Below, piece by piece: positions 51,081 through 62,225 of a stretch of DNA of 64,000 bases. A program made the position numbers and the translations under genes. The notes under the pieces are model-generated. The model was not told the origin of the DNA and did no database searches. It worked only from the letters and a program-made list of their open reading frames with translations. Each line of letters begins with the position of its first letter. Position 1 is the stretch's first letter. The stretch is taken from assembly GCA_963836075.1 (NCBI GenBank), contig CAWIIB010000001.1, forward strand, positions 1,600,001-1,664,000, given 5' to 3'. The DNA comes from an uncultured Acidobacteriota bacterium (GTDB lineage: Bacteria; Acidobacteriota; JAQAZP01).

Positions 51081-51382
51081 TATAAGTATAGAGACTAAAC
51101 AGGTCAATTGTCACCAACAATTTTCAGTAGATTATCCATGGGACTGGCCTTATTTTCGTAATTTCTCAATCCACCCGATGGGGTCGGGGGCAGATCGACC
51201 CGCCGGACGTTCACTTCAATTCTCTGCCGGCCAGGAAATTCTTTGCTTGCCAACAAAGATGAGATTGCCTAATATTAAGTGTAACCGGGTTTACCCGGGA
51301 ACGGTTTTTGAGGCCATCCCGTAAACCAAGCACTGCGGTATTGTCCGCACTTTGAAACAAAACAACGAAAGGGTTCAACACC

Positions 51383-51973
51383 ATGAGAATCAGGATGCTG
51401 TTCAGCCTGATGGTCCTGCTCACCGCATTTTCCACCATCGTCCCCGCCGGCATGCCGGAGGTCCCGCCCACACCCGCAGCGGTGGACGGAATCCTGCTGG
51501 CCCAATCGTTCACCCTCGATGAGCCGTACCAGTTCGCCTGGCAGGCGGAGCAGCCCATGGTCTCCTCGGGCATGATCCTGGTCCTGGAGGTCAACCCGGA
51601 CCTGGTGGTACCGCGGCAAACGCTGGAGCCGGTACTCTACGTGGGCAACGTCACGGCCGAGCGCGTCAACACCGGTTACCCGTCGGGCAAGGTGGTGGCC
51701 ATCGTGCCGGGTTCCGTCGATCTGTCGTCGGCAACCATCTGGTTTGGCGACCCCGCACTTCCCGAGCAGGTCACCTCGGAAATCATCAGCAACCAGCTGG
51801 CCAGCGCCACGGAAGCGGGGATCCGGCCCTTCACGTCGGGAGCCGCCGGCGATGCGCTGAAGTTAGCCGATTACGATGCCCTGCGCCGGCACGCTGCCGA
51901 GCTGATTCAGCAGTACGCCGCCGGTGAAGAAGATCTGGCTGCGGGCATCCTTGCCCCCCGGGTGCAGAAGTAG
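51383..51973 (+). CDS. Secreted hypothetical protein
   Basis: Signal peptide, coding-like codon bias, divergent from the hydrolase pair. Confidence 0.75.
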   Translation: MRIRMLFSLMVLLTAFSTIVPAGMPEVPPTPAAVDGILLAQSFTLDEPYQFAWQAEQPMVSSGMILVLEVNPDLVVPRQTLEPVLYVGNVTAERVNTGYPSGKVVAIVPGSVDLSSATIWFGDPALPEQVTSEIISNQLASATEAGIRPFTSGAAGDALKLADYDALRRHAAELIQQYAAGEEDLAAGILAPRVQK

Positions 51974-52388
51974 TGCCATAAAAAATCATCCTGCCCTCGC
52001 GGGCAGGCCACAACCCCGTCCTCCCTCTCCACCCTGACGGACGGCAGTGGTTGATCTGTGCCTCCCGGTTCGTGCGGCGCATCACCGGTGCGCCGCACGA
52101 ACATGTCATCACCCCCAATCCGCCACTGGAGCGGCGGCCACAAATCCTGCCACGCCAATGAGTCCACTCGCGCGCCCAGCAGACAACTGACACGCACTAA
52201 ACATATAATCAACATAGACTTAGATGAGACACCACAGTCCGATCTTCGCCGCCGGTTTCATTGACAGAACAACAGTCCTCGGCTATTGTCCCAAGCGTCC
52301 GCACGTCAATTGAAGTCAGTGGAAATCGATGGAATTGTTTCGGTCGCAGATTGTTTTATCGTAAAATCGAAAATGGGGCTCCGGATTC

Positions 52389-53885
52389 ATGCCCGATTCA
52401 AAAATCCCCCAGCAGGGAACTGCTCTGCCGGACAGCCATTTCAGATTGCTGGAGTACATCCCCGACGCGGTGGTGGTTCACGACATGGGTTTCAAAATCC
52501 AGTATGTGAACCGGGCCGCGGAAAAACTCTACGGATGGACGTCCGGCGAGATGGTTGGCCGGCTTCTACTGGATCTCATTCCCCTCGAAGTTCTCCGTGG
52601 CAGACGCAGCGATATTGCTGCTGAAATCCATGAAAAGGGCCGCTGGCACGGCGAAGTGATTCAGACCAGGAAAGACGGGGGAAGGATCAGGGTCCTGGCC
52701 ACCGTGTCTGCCGTCAAGGATGAGCACGGAAAAACTGTCGGGCGCATCGGTGTGAACCGGGACCTGACCGGGCATGAGAAGGTTGAAACCCGGGATGCGA
52801 TCCCCGGAGAGCTGCAGCGTGAGAAGGCGAAGAAGCCGACGGAACAGGATCGTCTGTTCAACCTGTCCCAGGACCTGATCTGTATTGCCAACCTGGACGG
52901 ATACTTCACCTATATCAACCCGGCCCTGGAACAGGCCACGGGGTATTCACATCAGAAACTGCAGGAAAACCCCATCGTGACTTTCGTTCACCCCGATGAC
53001 CGGGAAAAAACGGCAGCGGAATTAGACAAACTGGCCTCCGGCCAGGTGACGGTGGACTTTGAGAACCGCTACCTGCACGCGGACGGCTCCGTCCGCCACA
53101 TCTCCTGGGTTGCGACACCGCTCGTCGAGGAAGGGCAGATCTACAGCATCGGCCGTGACATCACACGGCAGAAAGAGGCCGCGGAACAGATCGAGGATTA
53201 CCAACTGAAGCTGCGAGCGCTGGCGTCGGAACTGACCCTGGCCGAAGAAAACGAAAGGCGCCGCATCGCCTCGGACCTCCACGACCACATCGGCCATTCA
53301 CTGGCCCTGGCCCGCATCCAGTTGGGCAAAATACTGGAATCGGGGTCGGACACCGAAAAGACCGTCCTGGTGAACGACATCTCCAACATCCTGCTCGAGG
53401 CGCTGCAGGAAACGAAGAACCTCATTTTTGATCTGAGTTCACCCACGATGAACGAACTGGGGATCGCCGCGGCCATCTCCGACTGGCTGGAGGAATTTAT
53501 CGAGCGGCGGCACGGGCTGAAGACGATTCTGATCGATCGGAGCGACGACAAGCCGGAAGACCACGGGCTGCGTGCCATTCTCTTTCGCAACACACGGGAA
53601 CTGCTGACCAACGTGGTCAAGCATGCCCGGGCTCAAAACGTTCAAGTGGTCATCGAAAACGGCCCTGACGCATTCCGTATCTCCGTGGCAGATGACGGAA
53701 TCGGCTGCGATGACGATCACAGTTCGCGCATGGGCAAAAAAGAGAGCGGCTTCGGGCTGTTCAGCATCAGGGAGCGGCTGGCCGATTTCGGCGGAGAGCT
53801 GCATATCAGGTCCGAACCGGGAGAAGGCTGCGAAGCGATCATGACCATCCCTGCCGAAAGTATGATATCCGGAGGCACGGTATGA
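52389..53885 (+). CDS. Cytoplasmic PAS-PAS sensor histidine kinase (HisKA_3, NarX-like)
   Basis: Two PAS/PAC domains; ERRRIASDLHDHIGH; ELLTNVVKHA, DDGIG, GFGLFSIRER; no TM segment. Confidence 0.92.
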   Translation: MPDSKIPQQGTALPDSHFRLLEYIPDAVVVHDMGFKIQYVNRAAEKLYGWTSGEMVGRLLLDLIPLEVLRGRRSDIAAEIHEKGRWHGEVIQTRKDGGRIRVLATVSAVKDEHGKTVGRIGVNRDLTGHEKVETRDAIPGELQREKAKKPTEQDRLFNLSQDLICIANLDGYFTYINPALEQATGYSHQKLQENPIVTFVHPDDREKTAAELDKLASGQVTVDFENRYLHADGSVRHISWVATPLVEEGQIYSIGRDITRQKEAAEQIEDYQLKLRALASELTLAEENERRRIASDLHDHIGHSLALARIQLGKILESGSDTEKTVLVNDISNILLEALQETKNLIFDLSSPTMNELGIAAAISDWLEEFIERRHGLKTILIDRSDDKPEDHGLRAILFRNTRELLTNVVKHARAQNVQVVIENGPDAFRISVADDGIGCDDDHSSRMGKKESGFGLFSIRERLADFGGELHIRSEPGEGCEAIMTIPAESMISGGTV

Positions 53886-56800
53886 AAAGAAAAGCGACCG
53901 TGCTGCTGGTGGACAACCACCCGGTTTTTCGCCAGGGAGTGGGAATGCTGTTCGACAAGCAAAAAGACATCAAGGTGGTGGGCGAAGCCAGCGACGGACT
54001 GGTGGCCATCGAGATGGTCCGGAAACTCTCACCGGACCTGGTGGTGATGGACATCAATATGCCGAACCTCGACGGCATCGAGGCCACCAGCAAAATCCTC
54101 GCCGAGTTCCCACAGGTCAAGGTGGTGGCGCTCTCCGTCCATTCCGGCAAGCAGTTCGTCAGGGATATGCTCCAGGCCGGAGCCCACGGCTACATCCTCA
54201 AGGAGAGCGCACTGGAAGAACTGGTGGCGGGAATCCGCACCGTTCTGGCGGGAGAAGTCTATCTGAGCAAGTCGATCTCGAAGCTGGTGATCGCCGACTA
54301 TGGCGAACTGCTCTCCGGAGACAATGATGGTTCCGAAACATCGCCGGACCCGATCCTGAGAACCAAGCTCCACCGTCCGCCCACCACTGCCGATATCATT
54401 CCCCGCATCCGATTGATCGAACAGTTGGAGAAAGGGCGTGACCGGGCGATGACCCTGATCTCCACACCGGCCGGCTATGGCAAGAGTATCCTGGCCAGCC
54501 AGTGGCTGGAGACCAGCCGGCGCCCCGGAGCCTGGGTCTCCCTCGATAAAGGTGACAACGACCCGCGAGAATTCCTGCGCTACCTGCTGGCGTCATTGGA
54601 AGAGGTTACTGCCGGGCTGAACTGGCAGTCGAAACCCCTGCTCAAAGCGGCCGACCTGCCACAAGCCCGAGTGCTGGCCCGCTACCTGCTGAACGACCTC
54701 GACCAGGTGACAGAGCCGCTGTTCCTGGTTCTCGATGACTATCACCTGATAAAGGAACAGAAGATCCACGATCTGCTGGCTGAATTGCTGCGCTACCCAT
54801 CGCCCAATTTGCACCTGGTGCTGCTCACCAGACGCGATCCGCCCCTGCCCCTGGGAACGATCCGGGCCTATGGTCAGTTGACCGAACTGGGCGTCAAAGA
54901 TCTGCGATTCACTCTCGATGAAACCACGGCCTTTCTCGAGCGATCCCTGCACACTTCGGTCGATAAGGATATGGCATCAGCCCTGGACGAAAAGCTGGAG
55001 GGCTGGGTTGCCGCCTTACGTCTGGCATCGATCTCGATGAGCCGGAAGGAAAGCCACGAACGCGTCCTGCAGGAGCTGAACGAGAGCCCCCAACTGGTCC
55101 AGGAGGTACCTGCTCCGGGAAGTCCTCTCGCAGATCCCTCCGGCCCAGTCGCGATATCTGCTGGAGACCTCGCCTCTGGACCGCTTCTGTGCCCCGCTCT
55201 GCACGGCCGTTTCCGCGTCCTCGGCGGACAAGGAGAACGGTGGTGAGCAACTGTCCGGCCAGGCCTTCATCCACTGGCTCGGGGAGACCAACCTGTTCGT
55301 CATCCCGCTGGACGACCGCAACGAGTGGTTCCGTTACCACCACCTGTTTCAGGAACTGCTCAATAACGAGTTGAAACAGGCATTCACGCCGGATGAAATC
55401 AGTGCGATCCACCGCCGTGCCGGTAAATGGTTCGCCGGCCGCCAGCTGATCGACGAGGCGATTCTCCACTATCTGGCCGGCGGGGATGAGGCTTCCGCCC
55501 TCAAGCTGGTGGAGCAGTCCCGCTACGACATCGTCAATGCCGACCGGTGGTTTGTCTTCAAGAAATGGCTCCCCCTGTTTCCCGAGGCCGTTATCCGGCG
55601 GAGACCGGTTCTGCTCATGACCCGGATCTGGATTTATTACCACCAGTTCGACATCGGCAAGATACCGGAGGCCCTCGATGAGGTCGAGGTGCTGCTGGGC
55701 GACGACTCGGCGGATGAATCGATGCACGGTGAGGTCGACTTCTTCCGCGGCTATATCGCCTTTTTCCAGAATGACGGGATAAAGAGCCTGAAATTGCTCG
55801 AACATGCCCAGGCCGTAGTCCCGGAGCAACTCAACGAAATCAGGGGCCAGGTCGAGATTCTCCACGGCCTGGCCAGTCAGATGCAGGGCCTGAAGAAAGA
55901 GGCCATCAAGACGCTGAACCGACTGATCACCAATCCTGATTCGTCGCGAGGTGTGCGAAGAACCCGTCAATTTGTGACGATGGTCTATATCAACATGATT
56001 TCGGGCGACCTGAATGCCGCATGGAAGGCGAACCAACAGCTGTACGAGGTTTCTAAAGCAGGCGGATATTCCTACGCCGAGGCCTGGAGCTTCTACCTCG
56101 AAGGCGTGATCAAATTCTTTCAGTGTGATTTTGAGCAGGCCATCAATGCTTTTGGTCTTGCCGCAAAGCAACGATATGTCCTCCACACACGCGCAACTGT
56201 GGACGCCATGGCAGGGCTCGCTATCGGCAGTCAGGCTGCCGGGCAATCACGCGAGGCCGAAGCGGCAATGGCCCAACTCTGCAACTATGTTGATACCCTT
56301 GACGATCCGGCATATGCCATTCTTGCCCAATCGTGCCAAAACCGGTTGTCGATCCTCCAGGGGAAAGTACCGGATTCAGAAAAGCTGTTACTGCAGGATC
56401 CCCCTCCCGCGGAGAACATGGTCTGGTGGATCGAGATCCCGGCGGTCACCCATTGCCGGGTTCTCCTCGCTAGCGGCACAAAGCACAATCTCGCAGCAGC
56501 CGAAACCGTGCTCCGGGAAGTCCTCCAGCTGAATCGAAATAATCACAACACGCTGCACACGATCGTGGTTCTTACCCTGCTGGCAATGGTCCGCGAGAAG
56601 CAGGGGGACAACCAGGAATCTCTGACGTTGATCGATGAAGCGGCTGCCCTGGCGACACCGGGGAGCATCTTCCAACCCTTCCTGGAGTTGGGCCCACCGA
56701 TGGCCGGTCTGCTGGCACAACTTGATCCCGAGGGGCCGGCAAAGGGTTTCGTCGAGCAGTTGCTGGGCTCTTTCGACAAAATGACAAGTGGCCGGGTTCC

Positions 56801-57068
56801 AGGACTGGCAGAAGACACAATACCCGGGCCGAAAACCGACCCCGCCTCCGAAGAAATCAGAGACCTTCTGACCCGGCGTGAGTCCGAAATCCTGCAGCAT
56901 CTGGCAAAGGGCCTGGGCAACAGGGATATAGCCTCCCTATTGTTTGTTTCATCCGAAACCATAAAAAAACACCTCTACAACATCTACCGGAAACTCGAAG
57001 TCAACTCGCGGGTTTCCGCCATTACCAAAGCCGGAGATCTGGGGCTGGTGAAATCGTCCGATGGTTAG
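53882..57068 (+). CDS. REC + MalT-like ATPase + TPR-like + LuxR HTH regulator; +1 frameshift at ~55105
   Basis: MDINMP receiver motif; RTKLHRP, PAGYGKS, LVLDDYH; LTRRESEIL…HLYNIYRKL. Deleting one G gives QEYLLREVLSQIPP, matching the paralog and joining the two ORFs. Confidence 0.88.
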
Positions 57069-60000
57069 AGCGACGACAATCCTGGTGGACGACCATCCGG
57101 CATTTCGCCAGGGTCTGCGTTCCCTGCTGGGCCAGGAGAAAACCCTCCAGGTGGTGGGGGAAGCCGGCGGCGGCCTGGAGGCTATCGAGCTGGTCCGGAA
57201 ACTCTCACCCGATCTGGTGGTGATGGACATCTCCATGCCGGACCTCGACGGCATCGAAGCCACTCAGCGGATTCTCTCCGAGTTTCCACAGATCAAGGTG
57301 GTGGCCCTCTCCGTCCATTCCGGCAAACGGTTCGTCAGGAGGATGCTTCAGGCCGGGGCCGCGGGTTACATCCTCAAGGAGAGCGCGGGGGAAGAACTGC
57401 TGGAGGGCCTCCGCACCGTGCTGGCGGGTGAGATCTACTTGAGCAAGTCGATCTCGGACCTCGTGATCTCTGATTATGGCAACCTGCTGTCGAAAGCTGA
57501 CGGCGTCATTGAAGAATCGACCAGCCCGATTCTGCGAACCAAGCTCCACAGTCCGCCGGCCACCACCGACATCGTTCCCCGGACACGATTGATCGAACAG
57601 CTGGAGGGCGGACGTGATCGGGTAATGACCCTGATCTCGGCTCCCGCCGGGTATGGCAAGAGTATCCTGGCCAGCCAGTGGCTGGCCGCCAGCCGGCGCC
57701 CCGGTGCCTGGCTGTCGCTGGACGAAAACGACAACGACCAACGGGAGTTCCTGAGATATTTCCTGTCGGCTCTGGATGGCGTTTCCGCAGGGTTGGGCCA
57801 GCAGTCGAAATCCCTGCTCTATGCAGCCGAGTTGCCGCCGACGATGGTTCTGGCCCGCTACCTGCTCAACGACGTCGAGCAGGTAAAAGAGCCGCTGATC
57901 CTGGTACTCGACGACTACCACAGAATCAAGGATCAAAATATCCATGACCTGCTGGCCGAGTTGCTGCGATACCCCTCGCCGAATTTGCACCTGGCGCTGC
58001 TCACCCGACGAGACCCGCCCCTGCCCCTGGGAAAACTCCGGGCCCAGGGTCAGCTGACCGAACTGGCGGTACAACAGCTGCGATTCACCCTCGATGAAAC
58101 CACGGCCTTTCTCGAACGAATTCTCCACACCACGGTGGATGAAGAAACGGCATCGGCCCTGGACAAAAAGCTGGAGGGCTGGGTCACCGGTTTGCGTCTG
58201 GCCGCGATTTCAATGGGCCGTAAGGAAAACCGGGAACGCGTTCTGCAGGAGTTGCTGGAGAGTTCCCACCTGGCGAGCGAGTATCTGGTCCGGGAGGTAC
58301 TATCCCAGATCCCTCCCTCCCATTCACGTTCCCTGATGGAGATCTCGATCCTGAACCGCTTCTGCGCTTCGCTCTGTGACGCAGTGTCCGAATCGTCCGC
58401 AACAGATACGGACGGGGGAAAACGACTGACCGGTCGGGCCTTTGTCGACTGGCTGGAGAAAACCCACCTGTTCGTGATTCCACTGGATGACCGAAGTACA
58501 TGGTACCGCTTCCACCACCTGTTTCAGGACCTCCTGCAGGTGGAATTGAAGCGGGCAAGGTCCGAGAAGGAAATCAGGGCCATTCATGTACGGGCCAGCC
58601 AGTGGTTCGAAGGCGAGGGGCTGGTCGACGAAGCATTGAAACACGCTCATTCCGCAGAGGATATCAAGCGGGTGGTCCATATCGTCGAGAAGAACAGACA
58701 ATCCGCACTCAACACCGATCAAATGTATGTTCTCGCGAATTGGCTGTCGCGAATACCGGAATCAGTGGTGTTTCAGAGCGCCGAGCTACTGTTGGCACGA
58801 GCCTGGGTCTGTCAGCACCAGTATCGCCTGGTAGAAATCGAGCAGATTCTCGACCAGGTCTACTCCCTGCTGCGGAAAGACGGGGGCCACCAGCATCAGC
58901 ATGCCGAGGTGTCGTTTTTCAGGGGGTGCCTGCAGTTCTTCCACGGAGATGGCGCAGGCAGTTTGAAGTATCTCAAAGAAGCCTTGGAGTGGATTCCGAT
59001 TTCATTTTACGAAGTACGGGCCGAGTCCGAAGTCTACTATTCTCTGGCCTGTCAGATGGAGGGACAGAAGGATCGAGCCATTGACATGCTGGACCATCAG
59101 CTAAAAGCCAATCCGCTGTCCGTGGATCTGAGGAAAACCCGCCTGCTTGCCGCAGCGGTATACGTAAACTTTGTCTCTGGCGACCTGGCGGAGGCCAAAT
59201 CCTGCAATCTCCAGTTCCGGCAGTTTGTGGAGAGGGGATATTTCCCATACGCCGAAGTGTGGTGCGACTATCTTCAGGGCCTGATCAACCTTCAGACAAA
59301 TGAACTCGACACGGCCATCGAGTTCCTGGAGCGATCCGTCGAACAACGGTTCGTGGCCCACAGAAGGGCCGCGGTGGACTCGCTGGTCGGTCTGATGCTG
59401 GCAAGTGCGGCTGCGGGTCAACGGGACAAGTCCAGCATTGCACTGCAGCAACTCCATAAATACACAGCATCATTGAATGATCCGGCCTGCCTGGCCATAG
59501 CCGATTCCGGCGAGGCACGGCTGGCCATTCTGCAGGGACAACCGGAACATGCCGCCAACTGGCTCGAGAAAACCTCGATCCCTCCTCCGGAGGTGATGCT
59601 CTGGTGGCAGGAGGTCCCCTGCCTTACCTGGTGCCGAGTATCAATTGCAGAAGGGACAGCCGGCCGCCTCCGCGAAGCGGAGAAGCAGTTGAAAAATCAT
59701 GCCGCGATGGCCGAGGCCCATCACAATATCACTCAGTCGATCACTATCCTGACTCTGCTGGCGGTCACGCTGGAGAAGCAGGGTAAGACGAAGAAAGCGC
59801 TGACTTTTCTCGAACGGGCCGTGATGCTGGCTCAACCGGGCAGCATCATCTTCCCCTTCCTGGAACTGGGGCTGCCGATGGCCGAACTGCTTGACCAGGT
59901 GGATGCCGAGGGCCCGGTGCGTGAATTCGTCGACCACCTGTTGGCCACGTTCAGCGAGCCGACGCCGGTGCCGGCCCGAAAAGCGGTGAGGGATTCTGAC

Positions 60001-60243
60001 CTTGACGCGGAAACCGGCAATTCTCCGGCAGCGGCGAAGAGTCTAATGACTCTTCGCGAACTGGAGATCCTGCCATTTCTGGGTGAGGGGTTGAGCAACA
60101 GGGAGATTTCGGAGAGGATCCAGGTCACCCCCGAGACGGTCAAGAAACACCTGAAGAACATCTTCCAAAAACTCGGCGTGGGAAGCCGGGCCCGCGCCGT
60201 GGTCAAGGCCCGGTCGCTGGGGATCCTGCCTGAAGACCATTGA
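57061..60243 (+). CDS. REC + MalT-like ATPase + TPR-like + LuxR HTH regulator
   Basis: VDDHP, MDISMP; APAGYGKS; LVLDDYH; YRFHHLF; MTLRELEIL…TVKKHLKNIFQKL. Confidence 0.92.
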   Translation: MVRATTILVDDHPAFRQGLRSLLGQEKTLQVVGEAGGGLEAIELVRKLSPDLVVMDISMPDLDGIEATQRILSEFPQIKVVALSVHSGKRFVRRMLQAGAAGYILKESAGEELLEGLRTVLAGEIYLSKSISDLVISDYGNLLSKADGVIEESTSPILRTKLHSPPATTDIVPRTRLIEQLEGGRDRVMTLISAPAGYGKSILASQWLAASRRPGAWLSLDENDNDQREFLRYFLSALDGVSAGLGQQSKSLLYAAELPPTMVLARYLLNDVEQVKEPLILVLDDYHRIKDQNIHDLLAELLRYPSPNLHLALLTRRDPPLPLGKLRAQGQLTELAVQQLRFTLDETTAFLERILHTTVDEETASALDKKLEGWVTGLRLAAISMGRKENRERVLQELLESSHLASEYLVREVLSQIPPSHSRSLMEISILNRFCASLCDAVSESSATDTDGGKRLTGRAFVDWLEKTHLFVIPLDDRSTWYRFHHLFQDLLQVELKRARSEKEIRAIHVRASQWFEGEGLVDEALKHAHSAEDIKRVVHIVEKNRQSALNTDQMYVLANWLSRIPESVVFQSAELLLARAWVCQHQYRLVEIEQILDQVYSLLRKDGGHQHQHAEVSFFRGCLQFFHGDGAGSLKYLKEALEWIPISFYEVRAESEVYYSLACQMEGQKDRAIDMLDHQLKANPLSVDLRKTRLLAAAVYVNFVSGDLAEAKSCNLQFRQFVERGYFPYAEVWCDYLQGLINLQTNELDTAIEFLERSVEQRFVAHRRAAVDSLVGLMLASAAAGQRDKSSIALQQLHKYTASLNDPACLAIADSGEARLAILQGQPEHAANWLEKTSIPPPEVMLWWQEVPCLTWCRVSIAEGTAGRLREAEKQLKNHAAMAEAHHNITQSITILTLLAVTLEKQGKTKKALTFLERAVMLAQPGSIIFPFLELGLPMAELLDQVDAEGPVREFVDHLLATFSEPTPVPARKAVRDSDLDAETGNSPAAAKSLMTLRELEILPFLGEGLSNREISERIQVTPETVKKHLKNIFQKLGVGSRARAVVKARSLGILPEDH

Positions 60244-60309
60244 GCGGTCCGGCACCGCCCCGCTGATCATCCAAGGGCCACCCCCCGGCTTCCCTCCAGC
60301 TAGCTCGAA

Positions 60310-60855
60310 CTAATCCCGGGCCACTTCGCGGACCACCGATCCGCCGGTGACCATGATCATGCCGACGAAGAAGAGCTTGATGCCGAGCAGGATGCCGATG
60401 GCCCAGGGACCGGCCAGTGGGAACTGCCGCCAGATCATGATGCCGAGCAGGATGGAGACGATCCCGCCGAAGACCATGAAGCCCCAGCCGGACACCGGTT
60501 TCAGCTGGAACCCGCCGATGATCTCGAAAATACCGTCCACCAGGAAGTAGATCGCCAGCATGATGGTCAGGACACCGGCGGCGAAGAGTGGCTTCGCCAC
60601 CAGGGCGATACCGCAGATCAGGGTCAGGGCACCGATGGCGAACATCAGCAGTCCCCTGCCGAAGCTGCCCGCCTGGAAGGCCCAGATCATCCGGACGATG
60701 CCGGCGAGCACCACCAGTATGCCCACGGCCATGGCCACCGACATCCCGGTCAACCCAGGCGCCAGCATGGCAAGGATTCCCAGAATGATGGTGATGACCC
60801 CGAAAATGGTCATATTCCGGCCACCGGCCCTGGCTTCAGCATTGAGCTCGTTCAT
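60310..60855 (-). CDS. HdeD/DUF308 family membrane protein
   Basis: About six short TM helices; GW…GIVSILLG…W…P…WAIGILLGI pattern. Confidence 0.82.
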   Translation of the reverse strand: MNELNAEARAGGRNMTIFGVITIILGILAMLAPGLTGMSVAMAVGILVVLAGIVRMIWAFQAGSFGRGLLMFAIGALTLICGIALVAKPLFAAGVLTIMLAIYFLVDGIFEIIGGFQLKPVSGWGFMVFGGIVSILLGIMIWRQFPLAGPWAIGILLGIKLFFVGMIMVTGGSVVREVARD

Positions 60856-61146
60856 GGCTTTCTCCTCTGGTTTGAAATTAGTCTCACGACCCTGTGTCGA
60901 CTCACCCCATGAAACGGTCAGATTCATGGCCCAGGCAATGGTGGAACCGAAGAGCTGGAACAAACTGCTGCCAGGATTACCCACAATCTAATCTATTCAG
61001 CGTGTGGATGTAAATCACCCGTACGTAGCAAACCGGGTGGTATTTGTGCTGCTACCCCGAACGGGGCATCTATTGACGTGAGGAATGTTCAGAGAAGAAC
61101 AGGGCGGGATCAGGGGTTGAGAAAAGGACAGGAACCGAAGAGCAAG

Positions 61147-61200
61147 AAAAAACCGGATCGACTGAATGCTGCGCAATGGCAACCGTTCAGCCGATCCGGC
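61147..61200 (-). terminator. Putative terminator of the outer membrane protein gene
   Basis: CCGGATCG/CGATCCGG stem with an A6 run on + (U-tract on -). Confidence 0.6.
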
Positions 61201-61219
61201 AAGAAAGGCTATCTACTGC

Positions 61220-61783
61220 CTAGAAGCGATACGCCACACCGGCGCTCAGGCCGAGGCCGTTCATGCTGAGGTCAAACGTGTCGAGCCCGGATAAGAGACC
61301 AGGTTCCACATTGCCTTCAATCACGCGATACATGACATCGGCCCAGAAGGACCAGGGCGCACCCGGCTCACCGGACTGATAACCCAGGTCCGCATACCAG
61401 CCCCAGGCGTCATCCATCCGGCCGTTGTTCACGTCGAGAAACGCGTAGGTCAGGCCGACGCCAAACCACATGTTCCGGTTTTCCATGAAGTGGTAGTTCA
61501 CACCCACGTCAACCGGCAGAGCCATGACATCGTAATCATGATACCCTTCCGGCACGGAGCCCGTGTCGAAGCCCAGGTCACCCATGTAGGTCAGACGAGC
61601 CATGATGCCCCACGGCGATTCACCCATCAGCCAGTCGGCATTGAGGCCGCCGCCGAATGAACTCTCGGTGTCGGAACCGTCGTAATAGGTAAGGAACAAC
61701 GCATAGTTGGACTCGGCCGCTGCGGGCAGGGTCACACAGGCACACATCAGAATCGCGATCATCAGAATACCAATTCTCTTCAT
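61220..61783 (-). CDS. Small outer membrane beta-barrel protein (OmpW/OmpA-like barrel)
   Basis: Signal peptide, amphipathic strands, C-terminal AGVAYRF. Confidence 0.8.
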   Translation of the reverse strand: MKRIGILMIAILMCACVTLPAAAESNYALFLTYYDGSDTESSFGGGLNADWLMGESPWGIMARLTYMGDLGFDTGSVPEGYHDYDVMALPVDVGVNYHFMENRNMWFGVGLTYAFLDVNNGRMDDAWGWYADLGYQSGEPGAPWSFWADVMYRVIEGNVEPGLLSGLDTFDLSMNGLGLSAGVAYRF

Positions 61784-62225
61784 CTTCCAATCCTCCTCAC
61801 TGTTCGTTTCATCGCATCATCCGGCAGTGCCGGCTCCATTGATTCCCGATGCGATATGTTACCGATAAACTGAACATGACCCAGGATCTATCTAAAAAGT
61901 TCCTTTCACCCCACAGGCTAATGACAGGATCCTTCCACCTCCTTTCAAAAGCGGGTCAACAGGCTCACCGCTGACCCGTATCTTCCAGGATTTTGAAAAG
62001 AACAATGATCAAGTGATTTATGTCGCGCATATAAATATACTATTTTGCCTCTGTTGTAAACTCCCCAAAAGTGGTATATCCAGTGGTATTTGAAGGGGGA
62101 AGCGCCATGCCACATTGCATCTTTCTCCCGAAAGACATTAAGCTAACCACCGATTGTAACGATTTCCACGCCCCAGCAATCGGAATCGCCAGCGGCTCAC
62201 GGTCAACCGACAGAAAACAACAGGG

